A stretch of DNA of 64,000 nt from Coraliomargarita sp. (GTDB taxonomy: Bacteria; Verrucomicrobiota; Verrucomicrobiia; Opitutales; Coraliomargaritaceae), in contig OZ244160.1 of assembly GCA_965216325.1 (NCBI GenBank), forward strand, positions 2,784,001 to 2,848,000, read 5' to 3'. A program made the position numbers and the translations under genes. Positions 39,009-50,280 of the stretch are shown here, piece by piece (position 1 is the stretch's first letter; each line of letters begins with the position of its first letter). The notes beneath the pieces are model-generated. The model searched no databases. It was given only the letters and a program-made list of their open reading frames with translations, and had not been told where the DNA came from.

Positions 39009-39383
39009 ATGAACCTGACTGCCCAAACTCGAAATCGTATGTTCTTGATGACGATCATTGCGATCGCAATCGCCGTTGCGAGCGCCTTCGGCATCGTCTG
39101 GATGCAACAACAAATCAATCGCACCGCCAAACACTCGCAGCAAATTGAGCGTGAGATGGAAGAGACCATGCGCCGGCTGCGCACTCTTGATGAGCGTATT
39201 GCAAGCCTGCACCAGCCGGTCGTGCTGCAGGGCAAGGTTGCTGGTGTGCTGCGCCCATCACTCGAAAATCAAATCGTATGGGTTGAGGATCGTCAGGTCG
39301 GCACGGGCCGCGCCTATGTCGCAGCGGATCCATATGAAACTTCCATGGACTTGGCTCTACTAGATTTTAACGCCCAGCGTTAA
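39009..39383 (+). CDS. ftsL: Cell division protein FtsL-like
   Basis: Short N-tail, single TM, coiled coil; located between rsmH and ftsI. Confidence 0.65.
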   Translation: MNLTAQTRNRMFLMTIIAIAIAVASAFGIVWMQQQINRTAKHSQQIEREMEETMRRLRTLDERIASLHQPVVLQGKVAGVLRPSLENQIVWVEDRQVGTGRAYVAADPYETSMDLALLDFNAQR

Positions 39384-39407
39384 TAAACAACAAACACACG
39401 ACACAAT

Positions 39408-39611
39408 ATGCACGTTACTTCAGACTACTATCGCAATCGCGAACGTAAGCTTTCCGAAATGGGATTGGCTGATCGTTGGCAACATTCCGTGCGCAATGCG
39501 GCACGTGCCGTTGAAGCAACGGCGGGTGAGAAACCGCTGCGTCCGTCGAATCAAACCCTACGTGGTTTGGCTCGCTGCCATCAACAAGCGCACATCCAAC
39601 GCATCGCATAG
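39408..39611 (+). CDS. Small hypothetical ORF between ftsL and ftsI (67 aa)
   Basis: ATG after an unstructured A/C-rich leader; ends 9 nt before ftsI. Confidence 0.45.
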   Translation: MHVTSDYYRNRERKLSEMGLADRWQHSVRNAARAVEATAGEKPLRPSNQTLRGLARCHQQAHIQRIA

Positions 39612-39620
39612 ATCCGTTCA

Positions 39621-41403
<1,783 letters not shown>

Positions 41404-41432
<29 letters not shown>

Positions 41433-42990
41433 CACCCTTTTATCTGCCTCCAGCGCACGCCAAGGTCTTTCAAATCGTTTTCAGAATCGTCGCTCAAACG
41501 ATCGCTCTCCTTTGAACCCATCTGTTGAGGACTTGGTTCGTAATGTTCCACATGTCGCACGCAAGGGGCAAGGCGATGGGTTGGTCACATGCCTGATTAC
41601 TGATAGCCGCCGTGTCGTGCCGGGTGCATTGTTTTTTGCCATTGGAGGCCTGCGCACGGATGGTAATTTCTATATCGAGGAAGCGGTGGATCGTGGTGCA
41701 GTCGCTATCGTGACCGAACAGGATCTGGGGCCACACTTCCCAATCGATGTGATTCAAGTCGAAGACGTGCGGTCCAGCCTTGCGATGATCGCACGTGAGT
41801 TTTACGAGCGCCCAGATGAGAAGCTGCGCATTGCGGGTATCACAGGCACCAATGGTAAGACTACGGTTTCCATGCTGGTGCAGCACCTGATGGGCGGCCG
41901 TGATAAAGTCGGTCTGGTGGGCACTATCCGCTATGATATTGGTAAGCGCACCTTGCCATCGTTTCGCACCACACCGGAGTCGGTCGACATCTATGCGCTG
42001 CTTGGGCAAATGGTTGACGGTGGTTGCGAGGAAGTCGCGATGGAGGTGAGTTCGCACGGCATCGATCAGAAGCGTGTGTATGGTCTCGATGTCGATGTTG
42101 CGGTGTTCCTCAACTTGACGCAGGACCACATCGATTACCACAAGTCGATGGAGGCTTACTATCAGGCGAAGCGTTCGCTGTTTACTGGTGGGGTTGGTCG
42201 CTTGCCGAAGGCAGCCGTGATCAACGTGGATTGTGAGTATGGCCGTCGTTTACAAAATGAATTGCCCGGCGGTTTGCCAGTCGTGACCTTTGGTCAGGCT
42301 GAAGATGCGCTTGTTCGCGCGGAGAATGTTCAGCTTCTTCCGGACCGAACTGTATTCGACTTGATCTGGCCTGAAGGTCAGGCACGTGTCGAATCGTCAC
42401 TGCTGGGTAGTTACAATGTGAGCAACCTGTTGGCTGCGCTGGCGACTGGCCGTGCCAAGGGGTACTCGATTGATGAGCTATTGTATCGCTTACCAAGCTT
42501 TCCGGGAGTTCCGGGGCGCATGGAAGTGATTCGCGAGGGTCAGGTAGCCAATGTTCTGGTCGACTACGCGCACACGGATGATGCTTTGAAGAACGCGACC
42601 GAGATGCTGCGTGAGATCACTCCGGGCAAATTGGTCGTTGTTTTTGGCTGTGGTGGTGATCGTGATCGCACCAAGCGTGCTCCGATGTTGCAGGCCACTT
42701 TGGAGCACGCCGATCAAGTGATCGTCACTGCAGACAACCCGCGCTCAGAATCGATTGATCAAATCTTTGCCGACATTCGTGTCGGTGCGCCCGCTGACGC
42801 GCCGGTTGAGTATATCCAAGATCGTCGTGATGCGATTTCCCGTGCATTGGATGCTGCAGGTGTGGGGGATTGTGTGTTGATCGCCGGCAAAGGCCACGAG
42901 ACGTTTCAGGAATTTGACGGAACCGTTATTCCTTTCGACGACCGTCAGGTTGCCCGTGAGTTGATTCAACTCAAAACGGGGGAGCTCTAG
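41404..42990 (+). CDS. murE: UDP-MurNAc-dipeptide--DAP ligase
   Basis: GITGTNGKTT, MEVSSH, DYAHT, DNPR (meso-DAP specificity), AGKGHE; start uncertain. Confidence 0.95.
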
Positions 42991-44339
42991 TGGCGCAGTT
43001 CGATCCGCAACAACTAGCAGCATGGACCGGAGGTGAATGGCTAAATGGTCGTCTGCCGGAGAAGGTGAACGGATTTTGTTTCGACGCGCGCCAACTTGAG
43101 GCTGGGCATGGCTTTATCGCGCTGACGGGTGGTGCCCGTGATGGACATGAATTCATTGCCCAGGCAGAAGCCCAGGGAGCCGTTGCAGCTGTGGTCGAGC
43201 GGCCGACCGATGCTGGCCTGCCGCAACTCGTTGTCGCCGACACGCTGCTCGCAATGGAAGCGATTGCGACCGCACATCGCGCAGCTTTCAATCACCCGGT
43301 AATCGGCATTACGGGGAGTTGTGGTAAGACTTCTACGAAGGAGATGCTGCGCCTCGTCATGGGAGGCGAGCAGGCCCACGCGACGGCAGGCAATTGGAAT
43401 AACCGTATTGGAGTGCCAATGACCTTATTCGATCTGGATGTGGCCAAGCACCACGCGGCTGTAATCGAAGCGGGCATCAACCAGCCGGGAGAAATGTCGC
43501 ATCTCGGTTCCATGATTGGTGCAGACTGTGTGATCATCACCAATATTGGTCCAGCGCATTTGGAGTTGCTGGGGACGGTTGAGAATGTTGCCGCTGAGAA
43601 GGTGCAACTGTTTCACAAGGCTCAACCGGAGGCGCTACTCATCCTTCCAAATTCGGCCTATCAGATGCCGGCTCTGGCTGCATGTGCAGATCGCGCGATT
43701 GTATTGGCCAAGGTGAACGAAGCGGTATCTCCGGAGCCAAAGCAAATCGTGCGCTATCGACTCAATGGTAGTCAGTTGCGCATTGGTGATCGGAGCTACC
43801 GAATCGAAAGTTCCAGCTCTGGGATCTGCTTGAATGCCGCGCTCGCGATTGTGGCTGGGCAAGTGATGGGGCGTAGTAGCGATCAGGTGACGGCGATTGA
43901 AGATTGGCAGCCGGATGCTAAGCGCGGACGTATCGCCACGAAAGGCGGGCAGACGTTTTACATTGATTGCTACAATGCCAATCCGACTTCGATGGTGGAC
44001 GCGTTCAAAGCATTCGTCGATGCGGTGCCAGTCGGTCTTCCACGTTGTTATGTGCTCGGTGCGATGAACGAGCTCGGTTCGAATGAATTGCGCTTACACC
44101 GCGAAGTCGCTGAGTCACTGAAGCTTCGCCAACGTGACCGAGTCTGTCTGGTGGGGCCCCAGCATCTAACTAATGCCTACTGTGAGGGGCTCTCCGTGCA
44201 GCCCGAACAGATCACGGTTGCCGATTCCGTTGAAAAAATTGACTCCGTGATTGCGCCTTACTCCGGAGCGATCTTTCTCAAGGGCAGTCGCAGCTATGCG
44301 CTCGAAAAGCTGCTGCCCGAACCACTTCGCACTTCTTGA
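42990..44339 (+). CDS. murF: UDP-MurNAc-tripeptide--D-Ala-D-Ala ligase
   Basis: GITGSCGKTSTK, NNRIGVP, DCYNANP, KGSR. Confidence 0.95.
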   Translation: MAQFDPQQLAAWTGGEWLNGRLPEKVNGFCFDARQLEAGHGFIALTGGARDGHEFIAQAEAQGAVAAVVERPTDAGLPQLVVADTLLAMEAIATAHRAAFNHPVIGITGSCGKTSTKEMLRLVMGGEQAHATAGNWNNRIGVPMTLFDLDVAKHHAAVIEAGINQPGEMSHLGSMIGADCVIITNIGPAHLELLGTVENVAAEKVQLFHKAQPEALLILPNSAYQMPALAACADRAIVLAKVNEAVSPEPKQIVRYRLNGSQLRIGDRSYRIESSSSGICLNAALAIVAGQVMGRSSDQVTAIEDWQPDAKRGRIATKGGQTFYIDCYNANPTSMVDAFKAFVDAVPVGLPRCYVLGAMNELGSNELRLHREVAESLKLRQRDRVCLVGPQHLTNAYCEGLSVQPEQITVADSVEKIDSVIAPYSGAIFLKGSRSYALEKLLPEPLRTS

Positions 44340-44351
44340 TCTTGACCAACC

Positions 44352-45452
44352 ATGCTGAGCTATCTTGCTGATTTTGAATCTTATTTTGGACCGCTGCGTC
44401 TGTTTCGCTATCTGACCCTGCGTGCTGCATTTGCCGGTTTGACTGCGATGGGGATTGGTTTCGTCCTGGGCCCGTGGTTGTTTGCCAAACTACGTCAGTT
44501 GCGTGCCAAGCAGTCGTTTCGCGACAAGAGTGAAGTCGGCGACCTTGCGGATTTGCACGCATCAAAGGCGCAAACGCCAACTATGGGTGGCTTGATGATT
44601 TGTGCGTCAGTCGTTGGCAGCACATTGCTCTGGGCACGGCCGAATGTCTTCGTGCTCACTGCATTGGTGGTTTACCTCGGCCTGACGGTCATCGGCTTTC
44701 TGGATGACTATCTGAAGATCGCGAAGAAGAACAGTAAGGGGCTGCCCGGCCGTTGGAAACTGTTGGGGCAGGGGCTGTTGACTGCGATCGCTCTGACCAT
44801 GTTGCTCTGCTGTTCGGAGTCGGCTGAGCAGATGCGTGAACTCTGGGTGCCCTTTTACAAGGACGTGTTGATCAGTAGTATGCCGCTCTGGTTCCTCGCG
44901 CCGTTTCTGTTTATCATTTTGGCTGGTTCGAGCAACGCGATCAATCTCACCGATGGTGTCGACGGTTTGGCAATTGGTTGTACGGTGACGGTGGCGCTTG
45001 CCTATGCGGTGATGGCCTATGCGGCGGGAAATGCGATCATCTCGGAATATCTGAATATTAGTTTCATCCTCGGCACGGGGGAACTTGCCGTGGTCTGCGC
45101 TGCCTTGCTGGGTGCGAGTCTTGCGTTCCTCTGGTATAACTCACATCCGGCGGAAGTCTTTATGGGCGATACCGGCTCACTGGCGCTGGGTGGTTTGATC
45201 GGCATCATTGCATTTATGGTGCACCAACCGTTTACCTTGGTGATCGTCGGTGGCATCTTTGTGATGGAAGCGGTGTCAGTGATCTTGCAAGTCGGGTCGT
45301 TCAAGACCCGCAAGAAGCGCATCTTCCGTATGGCGCCGATTCACCACCACTTTGAACTGAAGGGCTGGCACGAAAATAAGGTCGTGATCCGTTTCTGGAT
45401 TCTCTCGCTGATTTTCGCGATGGCTGGTCTGGCAACACTCAAACTTCGTTGA
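44352..45452 (+). CDS. mraY: Phospho-MurNAc-pentapeptide transferase
   Basis: TPTMGG, GFLDDY, NLTDGVDG, FMGDTGS, APIHHHFE. Confidence 0.97.
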   Translation: MLSYLADFESYFGPLRLFRYLTLRAAFAGLTAMGIGFVLGPWLFAKLRQLRAKQSFRDKSEVGDLADLHASKAQTPTMGGLMICASVVGSTLLWARPNVFVLTALVVYLGLTVIGFLDDYLKIAKKNSKGLPGRWKLLGQGLLTAIALTMLLCCSESAEQMRELWVPFYKDVLISSMPLWFLAPFLFIILAGSSNAINLTDGVDGLAIGCTVTVALAYAVMAYAAGNAIISEYLNISFILGTGELAVVCAALLGASLAFLWYNSHPAEVFMGDTGSLALGGLIGIIAFMVHQPFTLVIVGGIFVMEAVSVILQVGSFKTRKKRIFRMAPIHHHFELKGWHENKVVIRFWILSLIFAMAGLATLKLR

Positions 45453-46783
45453 TGGCAGATTTCGCGCAGTCCCTCGACTCCAGTCTCCGACGCATCGCCG
45501 TGTTTGGGGCCGGTGTAAGTGGGCAGGCAGCGGTGAAGCTGATCGAGGCACTGGGCGCGGAAGCGGTCTGTTTTGATGAGCAGGGACAGTGCTTTTCCAG
45601 TGATGCTTGCGCGCGCTTCGATGCCTTTATCTTTAGTCCGGGCTTCGCGGCCGAGCACCCATGGCGGGTGGATTGCGTTAACTCGGGAAAGCCTTGTTTT
45701 AGTGAGCTGGGCTTTGCCGCGCAATTTTGGTCGGGGAAGCTGCTGGGGGTCACCGGAACCAATGGCAAGACGACGGTCACGAGTTTACTCTGCAATGCCT
45801 TGAACCGAGCGGGGAGGTCTGCGGTTACTGCCGGCAATATCGGCACGCCACTGTCCGAGCGCGTGTTGCACTCCAATGCGGAATGGGTGGTCTGCGAAAT
45901 TAGCTCGTTTCAGGCTGAGCTGCCGCAGGGCCTAGAACTGGACGGCTTGCTCTGGACCAATTTTGCCGAGGATCATTTGGATCGCTACGAGTCGATGGCG
46001 GATTACTTTGCTGCAAAGGCTCGGCTGCTAGATTGTCTCGGCTTGGTGACACCTGTGGTGCTGGGTGAATCAGTGTATGAGTGGGCTGAGAGGACTGATA
46101 GCTGTAGGGGCGTTGCTTGCCGTTTCGACAAGCTCAAGGCCCCGAGTCTGTCGAGGGGCGACGCCCGCCGTCTGAACAGTAACTTTACGCAAGCGGGCTC
46201 CGCAAGCAGAGCCCCTACGGATTCTCCGTTCAGTCTGCCGCCCCAGTCGGAGAACTTCCAACTCGCTGCGGCACTTTGGTCTGCACTGGAATTGCCGGAG
46301 TCCGCTCTGGTCGAGGCTGCGAATTCGTTTCAACTCGCACCGCACCGCTTGGCGAAGGTCGCGGAGTGGAGCGGCGTGAGTTTTTGGGACGACTCGAAGG
46401 CCACCAATTTTCACGCGGCACTTGCGGCTGTCGATGCGATGGATCCGCCGGTTTTCTGGATCGGTGGCGGTAGCGGTAAAGGCGGCGACTTGGATGCATT
46501 TGCACGCTCGCTCGGGCAGAACATTGCCGCAGCTTTCGTATATGGAGAAGTCGCAGGGGAACTAGCGGCCGCTCTTGAAAAACACCTTCCGCGAGTGCAG
46601 GTGCATTCGCGTTTTGAAGATGCGGTGAGGGCGGCTTTTGCTGCTGCACTCGCCGAATCACCTGCCACAGTTTTACTCAGCCCTGGTTTTGCCAGTTTTG
46701 ACCAATTTCGGTCCTACGCGGAACGCGGAGAATCCTTTATTTCTGCTGTTTTAAGTTTGAAGGATAGGACTTCCGCGAACTAA
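45452..46783 (+). CDS. murD: UDP-MurNAc-L-Ala--D-Glu ligase with an in-frame palindromic insertion
   Basis: GVTGTNGKTT, GNIG, EISSFQ, DHLDRY, DDSKATN, LSPGFASFDQF. Confidence 0.93.
   Translation: MADFAQSLDSSLRRIAVFGAGVSGQAAVKLIEALGAEAVCFDEQGQCFSSDACARFDAFIFSPGFAAEHPWRVDCVNSGKPCFSELGFAAQFWSGKLLGVTGTNGKTTVTSLLCNALNRAGRSAVTAGNIGTPLSERVLHSNAEWVVCEISSFQAELPQGLELDGLLWTNFAEDHLDRYESMADYFAAKARLLDCLGLVTPVVLGESVYEWAERTDSCRGVACRFDKLKAPSLSRGDARRLNSNFTQAGSASRAPTDSPFSLPPQSENFQLAAALWSALELPESALVEAANSFQLAPHRLAKVAEWSGVSFWDDSKATNFHAALAAVDAMDPPVFWIGGGSGKGGDLDAFARSLGQNIAAAFVYGEVAGELAAALEKHLPRVQVHSRFEDAVRAAFAAALAESPATVLLSPGFASFDQFRSYAERGESFISAVLSLKDRTSAN
46104..46218. repeat. GTAG-type REP doublet (REPIN-like) with a nested second palindrome, inside murD
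   Basis: GTAGGGGCGTTGCTTGC (46104-46120) and GCAAGCAGAGCCCCTAC (46202-46218) are inverted at 15/17; nested TCGACAAGCTC...GAGTCTGTCGA. Confidence 0.8.
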
Positions 46784-46816
46784 TCTCAAACTCACTATTT
46801 TTTAGCGCAGATCATT

Positions 46817-47992
46817 ATGAAAATTTCCAAAGTTTTAGGGGGCGTCATCATCTCTCATGCAGCCATTGCTGCAATCCTAGTTGTGCAGCCGGGATGCAGT
46901 ACAACTCAGCCACCGACAAGGACTTATAAACAGACTGGGACGATTAGTGCGAACATCGAAGAGCGCAGCCCGGACACCATGATTCAGGCCGAGCGCGTGG
47001 ATGCCTCGTTGGACGATGCATTCAACGCGGGAATCGGTGATGACTCCTACGCGCCAATGGAGGAATTCGACAATCTCGAAGTGGCTCCACTCGATCCGGT
47101 TGAGACGTCCACACCGGCACCGACAACCGTGGAGATTGCAGGTCCGTCGTACACGACCTACACCGTGGTCAAGGGCGACAGCCTCTGGGCGATTGCGAAG
47201 CGCAACGGTGTATCGGTCAACGAGCTTTACAGTGCGAACGGGCTCGACAAGAACTCTGTGTTGAAGATTGGTCAGCAACTCCAGATTCCAAGCGAAGGCG
47301 GCACGGCAACGGTGAGCACCGTAACGGCTGACGCGTATCAGCCAACCAACCTTACAACAGGTTCACAAACTTATACTGTTCGCTCCGGTGACTCGCTTTC
47401 TAAAATCGCTCGCAATTACGGCACCACCGTGCGCGCAATCAAGGCGGCGAACGGCAAGACTTCGGATGTGATTCGCATCGGTGAAGAACTGGTCATCCCA
47501 GTTGCGGGTTCCAGCACGGGCACAACTGTTGCACCCAGCACAAGTTCTGCTCCGGCACCTGCTCCTGCGCCAGCGCCCGTATCCGGTGCGCGCACACACA
47601 CGGTTAAGGCAGGTGAGTATCCGGGCAAGATTGCCAAGAAGTATGGCATGACTGCTCAAGAGCTGCTCGCTCTAAACGGCATCAGCGATCCAACCAAGCT
47701 TCAAATTGGTCAAGTGCTCAATGTCAGCAAGGATGGCAGTGCTGCGAATATCGCGACCCAAACACAAACCGTTTCCGCACCTGCACCAAAGCCTGTCGCA
47801 GCAGCGCTGGCTCCGGCACCTGCACCAGCGAATGTGGGGCCAATTGCTCCGAGCGCAGACAGTGCTCCAGTTGCAATTCGGGTGGTCGAAGCAGACCCAT
47901 TGGTTGAGGACGAAGCCAACGATATCATTGATATCGATGCAGAGTTGGAGAACGCCGTAGAGATTCCGGTGATTCGCATGGAGGGCAACTAA
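46817..47992 (+). CDS. Triple-LysM peptidoglycan-binding protein, membrane-anchored or lipoprotein
   Basis: YTVVKGDSLWAIA, YTVRSGDSLSKIA, HTVKAGEYPGKIA; N-terminal hydrophobic segment ending QPGC; Pro/Ala linkers. Confidence 0.9.
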   Translation: MKISKVLGGVIISHAAIAAILVVQPGCSTTQPPTRTYKQTGTISANIEERSPDTMIQAERVDASLDDAFNAGIGDDSYAPMEEFDNLEVAPLDPVETSTPAPTTVEIAGPSYTTYTVVKGDSLWAIAKRNGVSVNELYSANGLDKNSVLKIGQQLQIPSEGGTATVSTVTADAYQPTNLTTGSQTYTVRSGDSLSKIARNYGTTVRAIKAANGKTSDVIRIGEELVIPVAGSSTGTTVAPSTSSAPAPAPAPAPVSGARTHTVKAGEYPGKIAKKYGMTAQELLALNGISDPTKLQIGQVLNVSKDGSAANIATQTQTVSAPAPKPVAAALAPAPAPANVGPIAPSADSAPVAIRVVEADPLVEDEANDIIDIDAELENAVEIPVIRMEGN

Positions 47993-48031
47993 GCCGGACG
48001 CTGAGGAGTCACTTTTGCACATGCGCACCGA

Positions 48032-49174
48032 ATGAGCGCCCGTACCGTTCTGAAAAGCTCGTTCTGGCGGATGCCTCCCGCAGGCATACTTTTTGGGATC
48101 ATCGTCCTTTCACTAACCTTCCTTGGATTGGTCATACTGTTTAGTGCGACTCGATCGATGTATGACGATCCCACGACGCTCTTACGTAAGCAGCTGATTT
48201 GGCTAGTGATCGCAACCTTTGCCGGAGTGGTCACCTATATGGTCGATTTGAATAAACTGCGCCCCTATGTGCCAATCTTGGCCGGGGGCTCGGTCTTGAT
48301 GCTCGTGCTGGTGTTGGTGCCTGGTATTGGTGTGAAGGTGAATGGTGCCCAGCGTTGGATCGATCTCGGGCCGATGCGCTTACAGGCCTCCGAAATCGGC
48401 AAGCTTGGCCTGTTGTTTGTGATGGCTCACTATCTGGCAATGAATCGTCGTTTTCTCGATGATATCGTGCGTGGCTTTATTGTGCCGTGTGGCATACTCG
48501 CAGTGATTTGTGGGTTGATCTTTATTGAGCCGGACTTTGGCACGACCTTTCTTTGTGGTGCGGTCGGAGGCACGATGCTATTCCTTGCGGGGGTGCGCTT
48601 GAAATTCTTGATTCCGACCGCAATGGCCGCGCTCACTTTGTTCTCGGTTGCGGTCTATCACGACCCGGTTCGCTTGCAGCGCATCACGTCCTTCCTCGAT
48701 GTGGAGGGCAACCGCGACGATACTTCGTATCAGCTCTGGCAGGGGATTCTTGCTTTTGGTGCCGGTGGCTTGCACGGCGTGGGGCTTGGAGAGGGCCGTC
48801 AGCAGATGTCCTTTTTGCCTGAGGCGCACACCGACTTCATCTTTGCGATCGTTGGAGAGGAACTTGGCTTGTTCTTCACCACCGGGGTGGTGTTGCTCTT
48901 CTTTATGGTGTTCTTCATTGGGGTCTTGCAGCTCAAACGAGCGCCGGATCTGTATCAATACCTCTTGGTGATGGGGGCCTTGTTATTCATTACCCTGCAG
49001 GCCTTGATCAACATTGGTGTGGTCACAGGGTGCTTGCCGACTAAGGGCATGTCTTTACCGTTTATTTCGTATGGAGGCTCGAATCTCGTGCTCATGTTTG
49101 TGCTGACTGCAATTATTCTCAATGGCTTCCGTACCTGGGAGCTCCCTGCGCTGCGGAGGCAGCGTGAGCTATGA
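48032..49174 (+). CDS. ftsW: SEDS peptidoglycan polymerase FtsW
   Basis: NGAQRWI, QASEIGK, EPDFGT, LPEAHTDFIFA, LPFISYGGS. Confidence 0.95.
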   Translation: MSARTVLKSSFWRMPPAGILFGIIVLSLTFLGLVILFSATRSMYDDPTTLLRKQLIWLVIATFAGVVTYMVDLNKLRPYVPILAGGSVLMLVLVLVPGIGVKVNGAQRWIDLGPMRLQASEIGKLGLLFVMAHYLAMNRRFLDDIVRGFIVPCGILAVICGLIFIEPDFGTTFLCGAVGGTMLFLAGVRLKFLIPTAMAALTLFSVAVYHDPVRLQRITSFLDVEGNRDDTSYQLWQGILAFGAGGLHGVGLGEGRQQMSFLPEAHTDFIFAIVGEELGLFFTTGVVLLFFMVFFIGVLQLKRAPDLYQYLLVMGALLFITLQALINIGVVTGCLPTKGMSLPFISYGGSNLVLMFVLTAIILNGFRTWELPALRRQREL

Positions 49175-50280
49175 GCAAGATTCTGATTGCATGTGGGGGA
49201 ACCGGTGGGCATCTGGCACCGGGGATCGCAATTGCGGAGACGCTCCAAACGCAGGGGCATCAATGTGTTTTGCTGATTAGCCAGAAGCAGGTGGATTCTG
49301 CACTCGTTCAGAAATATCCACACCTGACCTTTCACAGAACACCAGGGCGTGCGTTTGCTGGAGGGATTGCGCGCTCGGTTGGCGCGGTGCTTGGGCTCTG
49401 TTCGGGCTTCCTCTTCTCACGCAAGTTACTGCGCGAAGAGTCTCCCGATCTAGTGCTGCTGTTTGGTGGTTTTCTGTCGGTTGGGCTGGGCTTTGCCGCA
49501 AAGCTTGCAGGTGTGCCGGTTGCACTACACGAGGCCAATTGTCACCCCGGAAAAGCGATTCGAATTCTTAAGCGCGTTGCGACACGCCTGTATCTTCCGG
49601 ATGGTGTGCGCCTCAAAGGTGTAGCCCCAGCCAAGGTTAAGTATTACGGCTATCCAGTGCGTCAGGAGATTCAGCATATCTTAAAAGCTGAGGCTGCTGA
49701 GCGCTTAGGCATCCGGGTCGCCAATAAGCTACTCGTCATCATCGGCGGAAGCCAGGGGGCACAGGCACTAAATGAATGGGTGCTGGAACACTTTAAGGAA
49801 TTGGCGGAGGTTGGTGTCAGTGTTTACGGAGTCACTGGGCTCGGTAAGGATACCGATACCGAGTTGAGCTACGATGGGCCCGACGGCTCTCCGGTAATGG
49901 CTAATTTCGTGCCGTTCTCTGATCAGATGGGCGATGTGATCTCGGCAGCAGACTTGGTGATCTCACGTGCCGGTGCGGGCTCGATTGCTGAAATTATTCG
50001 CTGCGGTGCACCGTCAATTTTGATCCCGTATCCCTATGCTGCGGATAACCATCAACAGGCCAATGCGCTCGCGCATGAGAAGCATGGTGCCTGCGTTGTC
50101 GTCGATCAGGAGAAGCTCGATACACTCCTTCCGGAAGTTAAAGAGCTACTGTTCAATGACTGGATGTTGAGTAAGTTTAAATCGAACTTGGAACGCTTGG
50201 AGAAGTTTGATTCCGCCGCTAAGATTGCGGAGGATTTAGTAGAACTGTGCCGCGAGGAGGAGACGCTGCTAGCTGTATGA
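49171..50280 (+). CDS. murG: Lipid II GlcNAc transferase
   Basis: GGTGGH, HEAN, GGSQGA, SRAGA, DNHQQANA. Confidence 0.95.
   Translation: MSKILIACGGTGGHLAPGIAIAETLQTQGHQCVLLISQKQVDSALVQKYPHLTFHRTPGRAFAGGIARSVGAVLGLCSGFLFSRKLLREESPDLVLLFGGFLSVGLGFAAKLAGVPVALHEANCHPGKAIRILKRVATRLYLPDGVRLKGVAPAKVKYYGYPVRQEIQHILKAEAAERLGIRVANKLLVIIGGSQGAQALNEWVLEHFKELAEVGVSVYGVTGLGKDTDTELSYDGPDGSPVMANFVPFSDQMGDVISAADLVISRAGAGSIAEIIRCGAPSILIPYPYAADNHQQANALAHEKHGACVVVDQEKLDTLLPEVKELLFNDWMLSKFKSNLERLEKFDSAAKIAEDLVELCREEETLLAV

Noticed and set aside
47545..47830. GCTCCGGCACCTGC repeats
   Set aside because: They encode Pro-Ala linkers of the LysM protein.
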